Made by a program: the position numbers and the translations under genes | In this document: positions 40,101 through 49,343 of the stretch, one piece after another | Numbering within the stretch: position 1 is the first letter of the stretch | How the letters are laid out: each line of letters starts with the position of its first letter | The notes under the pieces: generated by a model | What the model saw: only the letters and a program-made list of their open reading frames with translations | Told to the model about the DNA's origin: nothing | Databases searched by the model: none | Assembly: GCA_963668625.2 (NCBI GenBank) | Contig: CAXXKA010000006.1 | Coordinates: 736,001 to 800,000, forward strand | Source of the DNA: an uncultured candidate division Zixibacteria bacterium | GTDB taxonomy: Bacteria > Zixibacteria > MSB-5A5 > UBA10806 > 4484-95 | Length of the DNA stretch: 64,000 bases | Direction of reading: 5' to 3'

Positions 40101-40526
40101 GTAGCCACCGACTCCACCGGCAATGTGGACTCATGCTCATTCGTAGTGGAGGTTGTCATTCCCGATGGCTACAAGTACCTTCCCGGGGATGCCAATATGT
40201 CAGCGGGAGCCTGGCCGCCGGTAGTGATCGGCAGCGATGTTACCTACATGGTGAATTATTTCAGGGCGATTAATCCGCCTTGTTTGCTGGATGGTTTCTA
40301 TTGTGCCGCGGATGCCAATGGTGATTGCTCGGTAATTGGCGCGGATGTCACTTTTCTGGTGAGCTATTTTAGAGGATTTAACACACTGATTTACTGTCCT
40401 GACTATGAGACTATCTGGCATTCCTCGGAGGAGTTACCTCTTGATGCCCCCGGAAACTGGCCGGGTTGCGACATACCAGTGATATCAATTGATGATTCGA
40501 ATACCAATGGTGACGATTTGAGGTAA
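37191..40526 (+). CDS. Secreted S8 (subtilisin) serine peptidase with HYR repeats and a dockerin-like tail
   Basis: Catalytic WDGG, HSTHVAGT and GTSMSSP; GPTDDGRIKPDI; about five HYR modules (CP.DI.V.ND.G.C.A.V.F...A.DNC...PSGSFF.VG.T.V); GDAN..IGSDVTY repeats. Confidence 0.93.
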   Translation: MRLAMRNLRSLVPALKLVMITSAVILLFSANLLAQSSTKINELERMSREYKYKLDSHRTQLYDDLITSEAQPQKNLNANPDIELMYIDDMGHPVFYEMQNLTAAQTISTDEVWPGGSGGFNLTGVNTISGELALWDGGGVLTTHQELSGSVTQMDSPGGTHYHSTHVAGTMIADGDVSAAQGMSYQGNLEAWDWDYDDSEMASEAAGDLRISNHSYGFVAGWYYDYSSYEWVWYGNTSVSETEDYGFGFYSAEVAAWDSIAYNAPYYTIVKSAGNDRNDNGPSGGEGHWAWYDSSSSWEWNYVTRDPDGGTSGYDCIGWRGNAKNIISVGAVEDIPGGYSSPGDVTVTDYSGWGPTDDGRIKPDIVANGSRLYSCFDDDNSSYGSIGGTSMSSPTVSGSLNLLLHYYESSHSGVTPRSATMKALMIHSADEAGIYTGPDFQHGWGLMNTQKAAEVIQTDSIYGGYIMEDILNNGETKYFSINNTSGEPIRMTIAWTDPAGTPPSAQVDPSDIMLVHDLDMTLEHIPGTNMYYPYVLDPANPSYAATTGDNFRDNVEQVYIASPSPGQYRVAISHKNSLSSTQHFSIISSHQVGIYTPNSPPVAVCASGINVPVDSNCQAFVSADDGSYDPDGDPITLEQHPPSPYTVGVTGIYLVVTDSTGLKDSCYTEITVYDDIDPVAICPSDITVDNELDECGAFVTFAIDASDNCSVASVIATPSSGSFFDVGTTQVTVTATDGSANTGVCFFDVIVNDTQPPFVPCPATIVVANDPGECGAVVEFGYEASDNCGVLETSAVPPSGSFFDAGTTEVTLIAIDIHDNADTCGFEITVNDTELPFVPCPSNIVVDNDPGECGAIVEFGFAADDNCEIEEALADPPSGSFFPVGNTTVILRATDTSDNTDSCHFIVTVNDTIAPSAECPTDMELTYDPGVEGAIGVFSSVYDDNCSDGSIVCDPPSGSVFPLGITTVYCVATDSTGNVDSCSFVVEVVIPDGYKYLPGDANMSAGAWPPVVIGSDVTYMVNYFRAINPPCLLDGFYCAADANGDCSVIGADVTFLVSYFRGFNTLIYCPDYETIWHSSEELPLDAPGNWPGCDIPVISIDDSNTNGDDLR

Positions 40527-40791
40527 AAGCTACAAGTTAGAAAGGTGGGATGTGATAGAGTCCCAACACCTTATCAACGATTTCATAGTGAGGTATCAGG
40601 GATGACACTATCTCAAAGGTATCCTTTAAGGGGACAATATGTATGTTCATGCGGCGCCCCCGGAACATACCCAGATCACAAGGGTTTTACTGCTGGCTCC
40701 AGAGTATGCTTTTATTTATTTCTGATGAATAAAATCGCGGACGAATCTCTTGAAAAAGAGCAGATAGAAATTCCTGATAATAATACGATAT

Positions 40792-41184
40792 TTATTTCGT
40801 GAAATTATTGGTGTGAAAAGTTCTATTCACTATAAGCCAGGTATCATCAACTTTTAAGAGATTGTAATAGTCGGTTAACATGAAATCCGTGAATATCCAT
40901 TCGACTTTTGCCTGCGCCGCAGTGCCGGTGATATCTATATAAACGATATTTTTCCTGCTTTTTTCTTTCAGGAACGGATTCCCCGGATCTTTCTTGGCCT
41001 CCTCTATAGTCTTAGGCCAATACGAGACCGGATTATGAAGAATTCTTTTATCTCTGAGGCTTATCGACCAGGCTTTATAATGAAAAGCCCTGAGTATCGA
41101 TTGAGCCTCAAGATTATCCAAACCCTCAAAGAAATGTTGCAGGGTTTTTCTAATCGCCTGGTTTTCCTGTTCCAAATAATTCAT
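40792..41184 (-). CDS. NTF2-like / putative lumazine-binding family protein
   Basis: AI...L..FF.G....D-type N-terminus, IDITGTAAQAKV and DYYNLLKVDDTWLIV. Confidence 0.8.
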   Translation of the reverse strand: MNYLEQENQAIRKTLQHFFEGLDNLEAQSILRAFHYKAWSISLRDKRILHNPVSYWPKTIEEAKKDPGNPFLKEKSRKNIVYIDITGTAAQAKVEWIFTDFMLTDYYNLLKVDDTWLIVNRTFHTNNFTK

Positions 41185-41400
41185 CTTAACATTCCTGCGA
41201 ATTTGTTCCTATCAATATTTACGAAATTCAAGTTTATAAGTTGCTTATGTTTAGATTTAGGATTAGGCATTTAGGTTAATAATATCATGGCTATTGCGTT
41301 GTTTCACTATTAAATGGGATTTGAAATAAGATAATCACACCCATTAAATCATAATGATTGCATCCGATATATGTTATGAACCGCTTATACAGGAGGGAAG

Positions 41401-41679
41401 ATGATTTTATTAAGTATAACCATGTTTATTCTCGGTATTCTGGCTTTCGCCGATGCGATATTCAATTATGGCAATATGTTCAGGATGTCGTTTTCCGGAC
41501 TTCTTATTTTAATGTCCGTCTGGGTATATATGAAAACCAGGGGACTAAACGACCTGGAAAGGCCTGATATCGTTACGGCTCATGGCTCGAATAATCAAAA
41601 AGTAGCTAGAAACAATGAGGTGGAACTAACCCGGAAGCTGGAGAATACTGAGAAAAAACCTGAGAAAGTACCTCAATAA
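41401..41679 (+). CDS. Hypothetical protein with 2 TM helices
   Basis: RBS AGGAGG, two hydrophobic helices and a charged tail. Confidence 0.65.
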   Translation: MILLSITMFILGILAFADAIFNYGNMFRMSFSGLLILMSVWVYMKTRGLNDLERPDIVTAHGSNNQKVARNNEVELTRKLENTEKKPEKVPQ

Positions 41680-42013
41680 AGGGCCCGGTATTACTGGCGT
41701 TCGGTATCTTAAGATAGCTGATATTTTCCATAGCAGCAAACCGCGAATAGTATTCTTCGATATAAATACCCAGTTATAGTGTCAGGATACAGCTCTGCTT
41801 AAATCCTGACACATCCTTTTTATGTAAGCAAAATAGCATCTATAATATAGCAATCCCAAACCGGCGTTTTCGGATGAAGGTGCGATGTCCCGATAATTAT
41901 TTCAGCCAATAACGCTAAAAATCGGTCTCAAACGCCTTTGTCTATAAAAGCTATGGTGCAGTGCAACAAAAAACCGTGCGCTGCGTAATTATAACAAAAA
42001 GGAAGGAGTCTAC

Positions 42014-42211
42014 TTGGTAGGATTTTTACTCTGGCTGATATTATTTATAATCTGTTGGCCGGTTGCCATAATAGGTTTATTACTATACCCGTTAGTCTGG
42101 TTGTTGCTATTGCCATTCAGGTTATTTGGAATAGCGGTCAGCGGGATACTGGAATTGCTCAAGGCAATTATTTTCTTGCCCTCCAGAATACTGGGTAGTA
42201 AACCGAATTAA
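42014..42211 (+). CDS. Small hydrophobic membrane protein
   Basis: RBS AAGGAG plus TTG; sequence CWPVAIIGLLLYPLVWLLLLPFRLFGIAV. Confidence 0.7.
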   Translation: MVGFLLWLILFIICWPVAIIGLLLYPLVWLLLLPFRLFGIAVSGILELLKAIIFLPSRILGSKPN

Positions 42212-42317
42212 CATAAGAGAAGATACATCGGGAACTAATCCTTGACAAAAATAGTCTTATTTATCTTATTCTGCCTGTGGATGTTCGTGAGGATAGGATA
42301 AAAGGGGTTAGTAATAC

Positions 42318-43163
42318 TTGAGTTTCTTAAAGATTTCTCCCGGAGTCAAATATATAGTTCTTTCGACTATCTTTTTTGCCTTGATGAATATCGGAGTGAA
42401 AAACCTCGATAGAATTCCAGCAACCGAGATAGTATTTTTCAGAGCTTTCGTAACGTTGATAATAGGCTATATTCTTATTAAAAGGGAGGGTTTAAGTCCC
42501 TGGGGTAATAATAAGAAAATATTGATCTTACGTGGCCTGGCCGGGACGATAGGGTTGGTTCTGTATTTTTATACTCTTCAGGTGATGCCTTTAGCCAGCG
42601 CGGTCACGATTCAGTACATGTCGCCTATATTCACGATCATTATAGCCGGATTTATGCTTAAGGAGCCGGCGCGCCCCATTCAGTGGCTGTTCTTCCTGAT
42701 TTCATTTATCGGTGTGGTGATGATAAAAGGATTCGATACGAGAATAACCATACCGGAACTTGCCCTGGGATTAACAGCGGCCGTATGCTCGGGATTTGCC
42801 TATAATTTCATCCGCAAGCTCAAAGGCCAGGACCATCACCTGGTAATAGTTTTTTATTTCCCGCTTGTAACCGTACCGGTCGTTGGCAGTTATATGGCCT
42901 TTCACTGGGTAAGTCCCGATCCGTATGAATGGCTTTTTCTGTTATTCGTTGGAGTAACGACTACCATAGCTCAGATTTTTATGACAATGGGGTATCAGGC
43001 GGAGAAAGCCGCGAATATCAGCAATTACAATTACCTGGGCAGTATATATGCTCTGGCTTTCGGATATTTTCTTTTCGGTGAATTAATAAGTATACCGGCT
43101 ATGTTGGGCTTACTATTAATAATAATTGGTGTGGTTGCCTGTTCCAGATGTAATAGTAAGTAA
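42318..43163 (+). CDS. DMT/EamA family transporter
   Basis: About 10 TM helices in two EamA halves; EIVFFRA and PIF....A...LKE motifs. Confidence 0.92.
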   Translation: MSFLKISPGVKYIVLSTIFFALMNIGVKNLDRIPATEIVFFRAFVTLIIGYILIKREGLSPWGNNKKILILRGLAGTIGLVLYFYTLQVMPLASAVTIQYMSPIFTIIIAGFMLKEPARPIQWLFFLISFIGVVMIKGFDTRITIPELALGLTAAVCSGFAYNFIRKLKGQDHHLVIVFYFPLVTVPVVGSYMAFHWVSPDPYEWLFLLFVGVTTTIAQIFMTMGYQAEKAANISNYNYLGSIYALAFGYFLFGELISIPAMLGLLLIIIGVVACSRCNSK

Positions 43164-43169
43164 TCCTGA

Positions 43170-43499
43170 TTAACTTCTAGCCACATAATTTATCTCGCCT
43201 ATCTCTCCTATTTCCTCGAGAGCTTTCTCGGCATTAATAATGGCTTTATTCAGGTGATGGTCATCTATTCTATCGGCCAGAGATAACAATGAGTTTAACT
43301 CATGCTGGATATGTTGTGAGGTTTTAGTCAGGGTAATAGTCATTTCATAATGAGCTAAATCGTTTAATATCTCTTTGAATTCAGCTTGAGCATCAAGCAG
43401 AGTTGTTTGGTCTAATTTGTTGTCGAGATAGGCATTAACAGCGTCGATATATTTCCTGCCAACCGTATGTATGGCATTGATCTCTTTCGGTGTGGACAT
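43170..43499 (-). CDS. Hypothetical helical protein
   Basis: 109-aa ORF with RBS GGAGGA before the ATG at 43499; no recognised motif. Confidence 0.6.
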   Translation of the reverse strand: MSTPKEINAIHTVGRKYIDAVNAYLDNKLDQTTLLDAQAEFKEILNDLAHYEMTITLTKTSQHIQHELNSLLSLADRIDDHHLNKAIINAEKALEEIGEIGEINYVARS

Positions 43500-43930
43500 G
43501 CTATTCCTCCATTGTTTAATCATATAATCGACTTATATATGGGGGAATTGAAAATTATTAAACAAAAGAGCAACGTATAACTTAAATCTTTATAAATGCT
43601 TATAAATGTTCACTTAAGTGTTATTGCCCGGAAGCGCAATAGATTTCTCCTCGATCCTTGATATCCGGATAACTATCAAGTATTGGCCGGATGGAAACGA
43701 CACAATATCCCACCGGATCTGGGATTATTTCAGGGCTGATTTTATACTTAGAATGAGCTGTGCCTTTAACATAGGTGGTAGTTGATATCTGTCCCGAAAT
43801 TCCACCGCAATTTAATGTTGAGAAGATGAATACATCATTTCGTACCGGGCGCCGGTAGAGGATTTGAGGTTTGAATCATCGCTATTATCTGAGGAGCTAG
43901 CAAACAGCGCAAATAGCTTATAATCAGCGT

Positions 43931-44140
43931 CACTACTGTCCGGTCTTTCCATCTCGCTACAAAGAGCTGCTTCGCAACGTTGCTTGCTTGTCGGCAGAAT
44001 GGGCATTCTAAATGATTCAAGAAGGTTTCCAGGCAGCGCTTGGAAACCAGGAAGCTAAGCCTAAAATCGGCAGAACATGTCAGGATGCATGATACGCTGA
44101 ATATATAATTATATCGGAAAATATCTTTCACTAACGATAC
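43931..44140. mobile_element. MITE family A, inverted and truncated copy
   Basis: Begins CACTACTGTCCGGTCTTTCCATCTCG, the reverse complement of the right end of the 30021 copy. Homology ends about 35 bp before the other TIR. Confidence 0.85.
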
Positions 44141-44381
44141 CGGGGGAGATGATCTCGAGAGTGATGGTGTAATCCGCTCCCAGCGTATCTCCCCGGCCGT
44201 TAACGATTATCGCTGAAATCACGGTAGTGCCGCCGCCTATCGCAATCTCCGGGCCTGTCGAGCTGATGTATAACGCGGCTGGATCGTTTAATTCTGAGGA
44301 TGTGCTATTATCGTTGTCATCGTCCGTGCAAGATGAACAAAGCAGGGTAATTGTGAGAAAGGCAATCATGAACATTCTCAT
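44109..44381 (-). pseudogene. Lipoprotein 5' fragment running into MITE A
   Basis: RBS AAGGAG, lipobox LCSS-C and an Ig/invasin-like start. The last ~10 codons are MITE sequence. Confidence 0.6.
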
Positions 44382-44665
44382 AATAAGCTCCTTCTAAATA
44401 GGTGGATATGTAATAAATTATTTTATCTCTCCTGATGTGAAAAAGCTGATTGTAAAACCGGCCCAATCTTTGAGTATAAAAATATACGAAGTCGTCTAAA
44501 ATCTGGCAAGTTTTTGATATTTTTCAAAATGGCTATCAGACCGACAATTTATTAAAATATGATTAAACTTGCGTAAGTATACGAATCAATTATAAATTAA
44601 AGCCGTATCAGTAAAAAATCGAAGCGTTAGAAACGAATTGCAGCAAATAGGAAGGATGGTTCTAA

Positions 44666-47110
44666 ATGATAAAAAGGTTAACCCTGATTCTATTTCTGAT
44701 GATCGCACTATTAACAACACAGGTTCAAGCCGGGGATATGCCCTCGTATTACAGCCGTAACAATTTTCTGATAGGATCATCCAACAGCTATTATGATGGT
44801 TTGCTGGGATATTCGAATCCGGCAAATCTTTCGTTCCTTCATGACGGGGAGACCAGATTTAACTGGAATACGGATCGTGACGATTTTGGCTCGTTTAACG
44901 ATTGGGGATTGTTCATAGCGGTGCCTCATCTGGGTTTCGGGATGGTTAAAAGCGATCTGGGGCAATGGCATTCGACCGATTATCAGGTTTCACTGGGGCT
45001 TGGGGATGATAAGCACTCATTTGGTCTGGCATATGGATGGTCATCGCATTCCATAGATGATTTGGCCAATGAGGAGGTTCTGAAAATCAGCTCGATTGAC
45101 AGAGATATAAAATACATGTCTATTGGCTTGATAGGCGAGTTCTCGCTGGAATCGAAAGCCCGCCAGGGAATAGCCGAGATAGGCATTCGCCCGCTGGGTA
45201 ATTCGACGATCACCCTGTTCGGTGATCTGGCGATACAGCGCAAGATGAAACTCAGTAACGCCCCCTGGAGCGCGGGTGCGGCTATAGAGCCGGTACCGGG
45301 TATACATCTGGTGGGCCGCTATTTCGAGGATGAGGCGTTTACGTTCGGCCTGACATTCGATTTAGGAACCGCCGGCGTAAGCAGCCAGTTGCATTACGAT
45401 GATGATCAAGAGCATGCTTATACGTCATACTCTGTTCGTGTAGGCGGGATGCGCCCGAGTTTCTTCCCGAATATAATCTGCAAAGACCGCAGGTATCTCA
45501 AAATCGATTTGCGTGGCAGTACCGGATATCTCAAATACCGTTTCGGCGATCAAAAAAAGAAACTACTACTAGACATTCTTCGCGATATAGACGCTGCCCG
45601 GAACGATCCTCGGATATCGGCTATTGCCATAAATCTCGCGAATGCCTCGATCGCGCCCGAGCACGCCTGGGAAATCAGGCAGGCGTTGCAGGAGTTCAGG
45701 GACTCGGGCAAAACCGTAGTGGCATTTTTGGAGTACTCTGCCGATCGCACCTACTATCTGGCAAGCGTGGCGGATGTCGTTGTGATAGAGCCGATCACCG
45801 TTATCGGGCTGGTAGGCTACTCGATGAGCCGTACCTATCTGAAAGGCACGTTGGAGAAGTTAGGGCTTGGTTTCGATGAGTGGCGTCAGTTCAAATATAA
45901 ATCCGCCGCCGAGACTTTCAGCCGCGAGAATATGTCCGAGGCTGACAGGGAGCAGTTCCAGGCTTATGTTGATGACTGGTACGAGACCACCCGGGATGAT
46001 ATCTGTAAATCACGCGGTATCAGCGTTGGCGAGTATGAGAAATTGCTGAGTAATGATATGCTCATGACCGCTGACGGCGCGATAAAGAACAAACTGGCCG
46101 ATAAGATAGGACGCTGGTCGGATGTCGATGATATCATCGATGACGTTGCCGGTAGAAATCTCTGGGTGATCGACAGCGAGGGGCTATACGCCAACACGTT
46201 GCCTCCCAAATACTGGGGTGGCGATCCTAAAATAGCGGTAATATATGCTCTCGGTGATTGCGCTATGGATAGCGGTATCAGGGCCAGATGGCTTTCGACG
46301 CAGCTCGAGAGACTCAAAAAGGATGGCAGTATCGAGGCGGTCGTGTTCCGTGTGGACTCGCCCGGCGGCGACGGCATGGCCAGTGATATAGTGGCCGAGG
46401 CGTTGAAAGACCTGGCGACGGAGAAACCGGTTATTGTCACCCAGGGACAGGTAGCGGGCTCAGGCGGTTATTGGATTTCCATGTACGGCGATAAGATTTT
46501 AGCCGGCCCCAACACTATCACCGGATCGATCGGCGTTATCGGCGGTTGGATATGGGATAAGGGGTTATCCGATAAGCTGGGTATGACTTACGACAATGTC
46601 CAGCGCGGCGAGCATGCCGATGTTTTGGAGGGCGTAAGATTACCTCTTCTGGGTTTGAAGGTGCCGGGCAGAAACCTTACCGAGGAGGAACGTAAAGATG
46701 TCGAAGAGATCATTTATGAGATGTACGATATGTTCGTAGCCAAGGTGGCCTCGGGCAGGAAGATGAGTATGGAACGTGTCTATCAACTTGGCGAGGGACG
46801 ATTCTACTCCGGTCTGGATGGCAAAGATGTCGGTTTGGTCGATGAGATAGGTGGTTTGATGCTGGCTATCGAGATTGCCAAGAAGGACGCCGGTATCAGC
46901 GAGGATCAGCGGGTAGAGCTGGTCGAGGTGCCTGACTATCTGGGTTGGTTCCCATTCTTCGGTCCATCACCGGTAAGTATAGGCATAACACGCGATGGCG
47001 CTGCCTTATCCGATGACGATCCCGGCGTGAAATATATCAAACAACTGCTGGAGTCGCCCAACATGGCTTTACCGTTGATGCCTCCGGGATATTATCCGGA
47101 AGCCGATTAA
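44666..47110 (+). CDS. sppA: Signal peptide peptidase SppA (S49) with an N-terminal beta-barrel-like extension
   Basis: Two S49 domains (YYLAS.AD, KYKSAAE, RVDSPGG, AGSGGYWI, TGSIGV, GRFYSG...GLVD.IGG). The N-terminal ~260 aa contain SNPANL and amphipathic strands. Confidence 0.88.
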   Translation: MIKRLTLILFLMIALLTTQVQAGDMPSYYSRNNFLIGSSNSYYDGLLGYSNPANLSFLHDGETRFNWNTDRDDFGSFNDWGLFIAVPHLGFGMVKSDLGQWHSTDYQVSLGLGDDKHSFGLAYGWSSHSIDDLANEEVLKISSIDRDIKYMSIGLIGEFSLESKARQGIAEIGIRPLGNSTITLFGDLAIQRKMKLSNAPWSAGAAIEPVPGIHLVGRYFEDEAFTFGLTFDLGTAGVSSQLHYDDDQEHAYTSYSVRVGGMRPSFFPNIICKDRRYLKIDLRGSTGYLKYRFGDQKKKLLLDILRDIDAARNDPRISAIAINLANASIAPEHAWEIRQALQEFRDSGKTVVAFLEYSADRTYYLASVADVVVIEPITVIGLVGYSMSRTYLKGTLEKLGLGFDEWRQFKYKSAAETFSRENMSEADREQFQAYVDDWYETTRDDICKSRGISVGEYEKLLSNDMLMTADGAIKNKLADKIGRWSDVDDIIDDVAGRNLWVIDSEGLYANTLPPKYWGGDPKIAVIYALGDCAMDSGIRARWLSTQLERLKKDGSIEAVVFRVDSPGGDGMASDIVAEALKDLATEKPVIVTQGQVAGSGGYWISMYGDKILAGPNTITGSIGVIGGWIWDKGLSDKLGMTYDNVQRGEHADVLEGVRLPLLGLKVPGRNLTEEERKDVEEIIYEMYDMFVAKVASGRKMSMERVYQLGEGRFYSGLDGKDVGLVDEIGGLMLAIEIAKKDAGISEDQRVELVEVPDYLGWFPFFGPSPVSIGITRDGAALSDDDPGVKYIKQLLESPNMALPLMPPGYYPEAD

Positions 47111-47133
47111 ATCTTTTAACTAAATAACTTTTT

Positions 47134-47174
47134 GTATCGTCCGTTTGTATATATTTTAAGCAAACGGACGATAC
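47134..47174 (+). terminator. Long hairpin after sppA (terminator/attenuator)
   Basis: Perfect 14-bp stem GTATCGTCCGTTTG/CAAACGGACGATAC followed by TTTTT. Confidence 0.7.
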
Positions 47175-47184
47175 TTTTTATGAT

Positions 47185-48231
47185 ATGGTTAATGACGAGC
47201 TAAACATGCAATCGAACGATTATCAGGATTTCGGCTGGCCGATGATCTCGGTGGTGGTGCCTATCCGTAACGAGGAGAGATTCATCGCCCAGACATTATC
47301 GTATATCAGGATGCAGGATTATCCTCAGGATAAACTCGAGATACTGGTTGTAGATGGCCAATCGACAGATAGAACCCGCGAAATAGTGGGGGAGATAGCT
47401 AAAGAGGACAGCCGGGTGAAAATTCTGGATAATCCCAAATGCTTATCCTCGGCTGCTCGCAATGTCGGGGCCAAAGCGGCTCGGGGCGAGATCGTGAAAT
47501 ATATCGATGGCCATGTGTATATCGATAATGATCAGCTTCTGAAAAATACCGCTATCCTGATGCATGAGAAAGAGGTGGAGGCATTGTCCCGTCCGCAGTT
47601 TTTGGATACACCGGAGAACACCTTTTTCCAGAAAGCGGTCTCACTGGCGCGGAAATCGCCGCTGGGGCACGGGCTGGATTCGACTATCTACTCGCGCAAG
47701 GATATGTATGTCGATCCGACCTCCTCGGGCGCGACCTACAAAAAAGCGGTATTCGAGAAAGCCGGTTATTTCGATGAGGATTTCGATGCCGCCGAGGATG
47801 TCGAGTTCAACTACCGGGTGAGTAAGGCCGATATCAAGTCATTTACCTCGATGAAACTGATGGTGTATTACTATCCCCGCGAGACCCTTAAATCGCTGTT
47901 TAACCAGCTTACCCGTTACGGCACCGGTAGATTCAGATTCCTGCGCAAACATTCCGAGGCGATATCCTCCGGAGCGCTCATTCCGCCCGGGATTTTCATC
48001 GGCATGGCATTTTTACTATTGCTGGCGATAATCGCACCGGTGACTAAACCGTTATTCTCGTTGTACATGGGGTTCTATATCCTGGCGGTACTGATTAGCA
48101 GTGGAGTCGTGGCTGCCAATTATGGACTTCCGTATCTTTTCGTGTTGCCACAGATATATATTTGTATACACGGGGGGCTGGCCTGGGGCTTCATTTCCGA
48201 GGCATTCCGCACATTATTGGGAAAACGTTAG
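47185..48231 (+). CDS. GT2 family glycosyltransferase (ExoA-like)
   Basis: ISVVVP.RNEE, VVDG.STD.T, IDGH, GYFDE....AED.EFNYR and C-terminal TM helices. Confidence 0.92.
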   Translation: MVNDELNMQSNDYQDFGWPMISVVVPIRNEERFIAQTLSYIRMQDYPQDKLEILVVDGQSTDRTREIVGEIAKEDSRVKILDNPKCLSSAARNVGAKAARGEIVKYIDGHVYIDNDQLLKNTAILMHEKEVEALSRPQFLDTPENTFFQKAVSLARKSPLGHGLDSTIYSRKDMYVDPTSSGATYKKAVFEKAGYFDEDFDAAEDVEFNYRVSKADIKSFTSMKLMVYYYPRETLKSLFNQLTRYGTGRFRFLRKHSEAISSGALIPPGIFIGMAFLLLLAIIAPVTKPLFSLYMGFYILAVLISSGVVAANYGLPYLFVLPQIYICIHGGLAWGFISEAFRTLLGKR

Positions 48232-48353
48232 AAAAATACTTGCATCTTTGAAAGATTAGTATATAATTACCCCGGACTTTTGAAAACTAAATAGCGGCTA
48301 CCGCGTTTTAATAGTAGAGATCATAAGTGGTAGTTGCAACAGATAGATTATCT

Positions 48354-48427
<74 letters not shown>

Positions 48428-48612
48428 GTTTTTTATTCCGCAACGAGTTACGGAATATGCACTTACGCATTGCTATCCGAGTCAAAAGGCCTCCGTGTTA
48501 AGTGCTCTTGCCTCTAATAATAAAGTTTTCATTACAATGCAAGAAAATAATAGACAACATAGCGCACCTGTATTATGATCAATATAGTGATTCAAAAAAT
48601 TATTACCGAGGA

Positions 48613-49209
48613 ATGTCGAAAATGGCAGAGGATATTTTAAGAAAAAATATAGAAAGATTGATGAAGAGGCGAGGCTGGAGCTAAATGGATCTGGTGAAGG
48701 CCGCAGGTATTGATCAAGGCCGTTTGAGTCATATACTCGCCGGCAAGCAGCACCCAGTTACGGTTTCCAATGTTAAGGAAACTTTCAGAAGCCTTTAATG
48801 TTACTATAGACCAACTCGTGTATCCTCTTAAAGAGCCTACCGAGGACTCATTATAAATTATGAGGATTGATCCTGGCAAGGTATCCAAAAGCTCTCTGGG
48901 ACAATTTATCGAGACTGGCCAAAGTTACCAGCTGGATTCATCAGGCGGCATATTACTAAAGGTCGAAACCTCCGATATGGCGCCTCAATAATGAAAGGCA
49001 GCTTTATATTACTATCACAGATCGGCAAAATAACGAATGGCAGGATTTACCTGATAGTCTTGAAATCTTCAGGAGGAATATTATTACGTAGGCTGGAGGC
49101 GTTTGATGGCAAACTTCTCATGAAAGCGGATAACCCGGAAATCAGAAGCGGCGTAATGCGCCGTTCGCAGATTGACAGGCTATACAGGGTAGAGGCGGTT
49201 TTATTTTAA
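48613..49209 (+). pseudogene. Decayed XRE-HTH / S24 peptidase (phage CI/LexA-like) repressor
   Basis: Fragments in several frames: LRKNIERLMKRRGWS*MDLVKAAGIDQGRLSHILAG, then LRFPMLRKLSEAFNVTIDQLV, then the S24-like VETSDMAP / GRIYLIV..LLRRL..LLMKADNP. Confidence 0.75.
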
Positions 49210-49343
49210 GTTCATCCAATGATCATTATTAATAGGTGCGGCACTTCGGGCCTAATGTTTTTATTATATTGACTTTCTCATCAGTTATTTATAGGTTTAC
49301 ATTATTACGATTCGTCATCGGGGGGCAGTAAGGGCATAGAGTA

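Noticed and set aside
40540-40802. 85-aa ORF and weak hairpins after the S8 protease
   Set aside because: No RBS or motifs; the hairpins are imperfect and not repeated elsewhere in the window.
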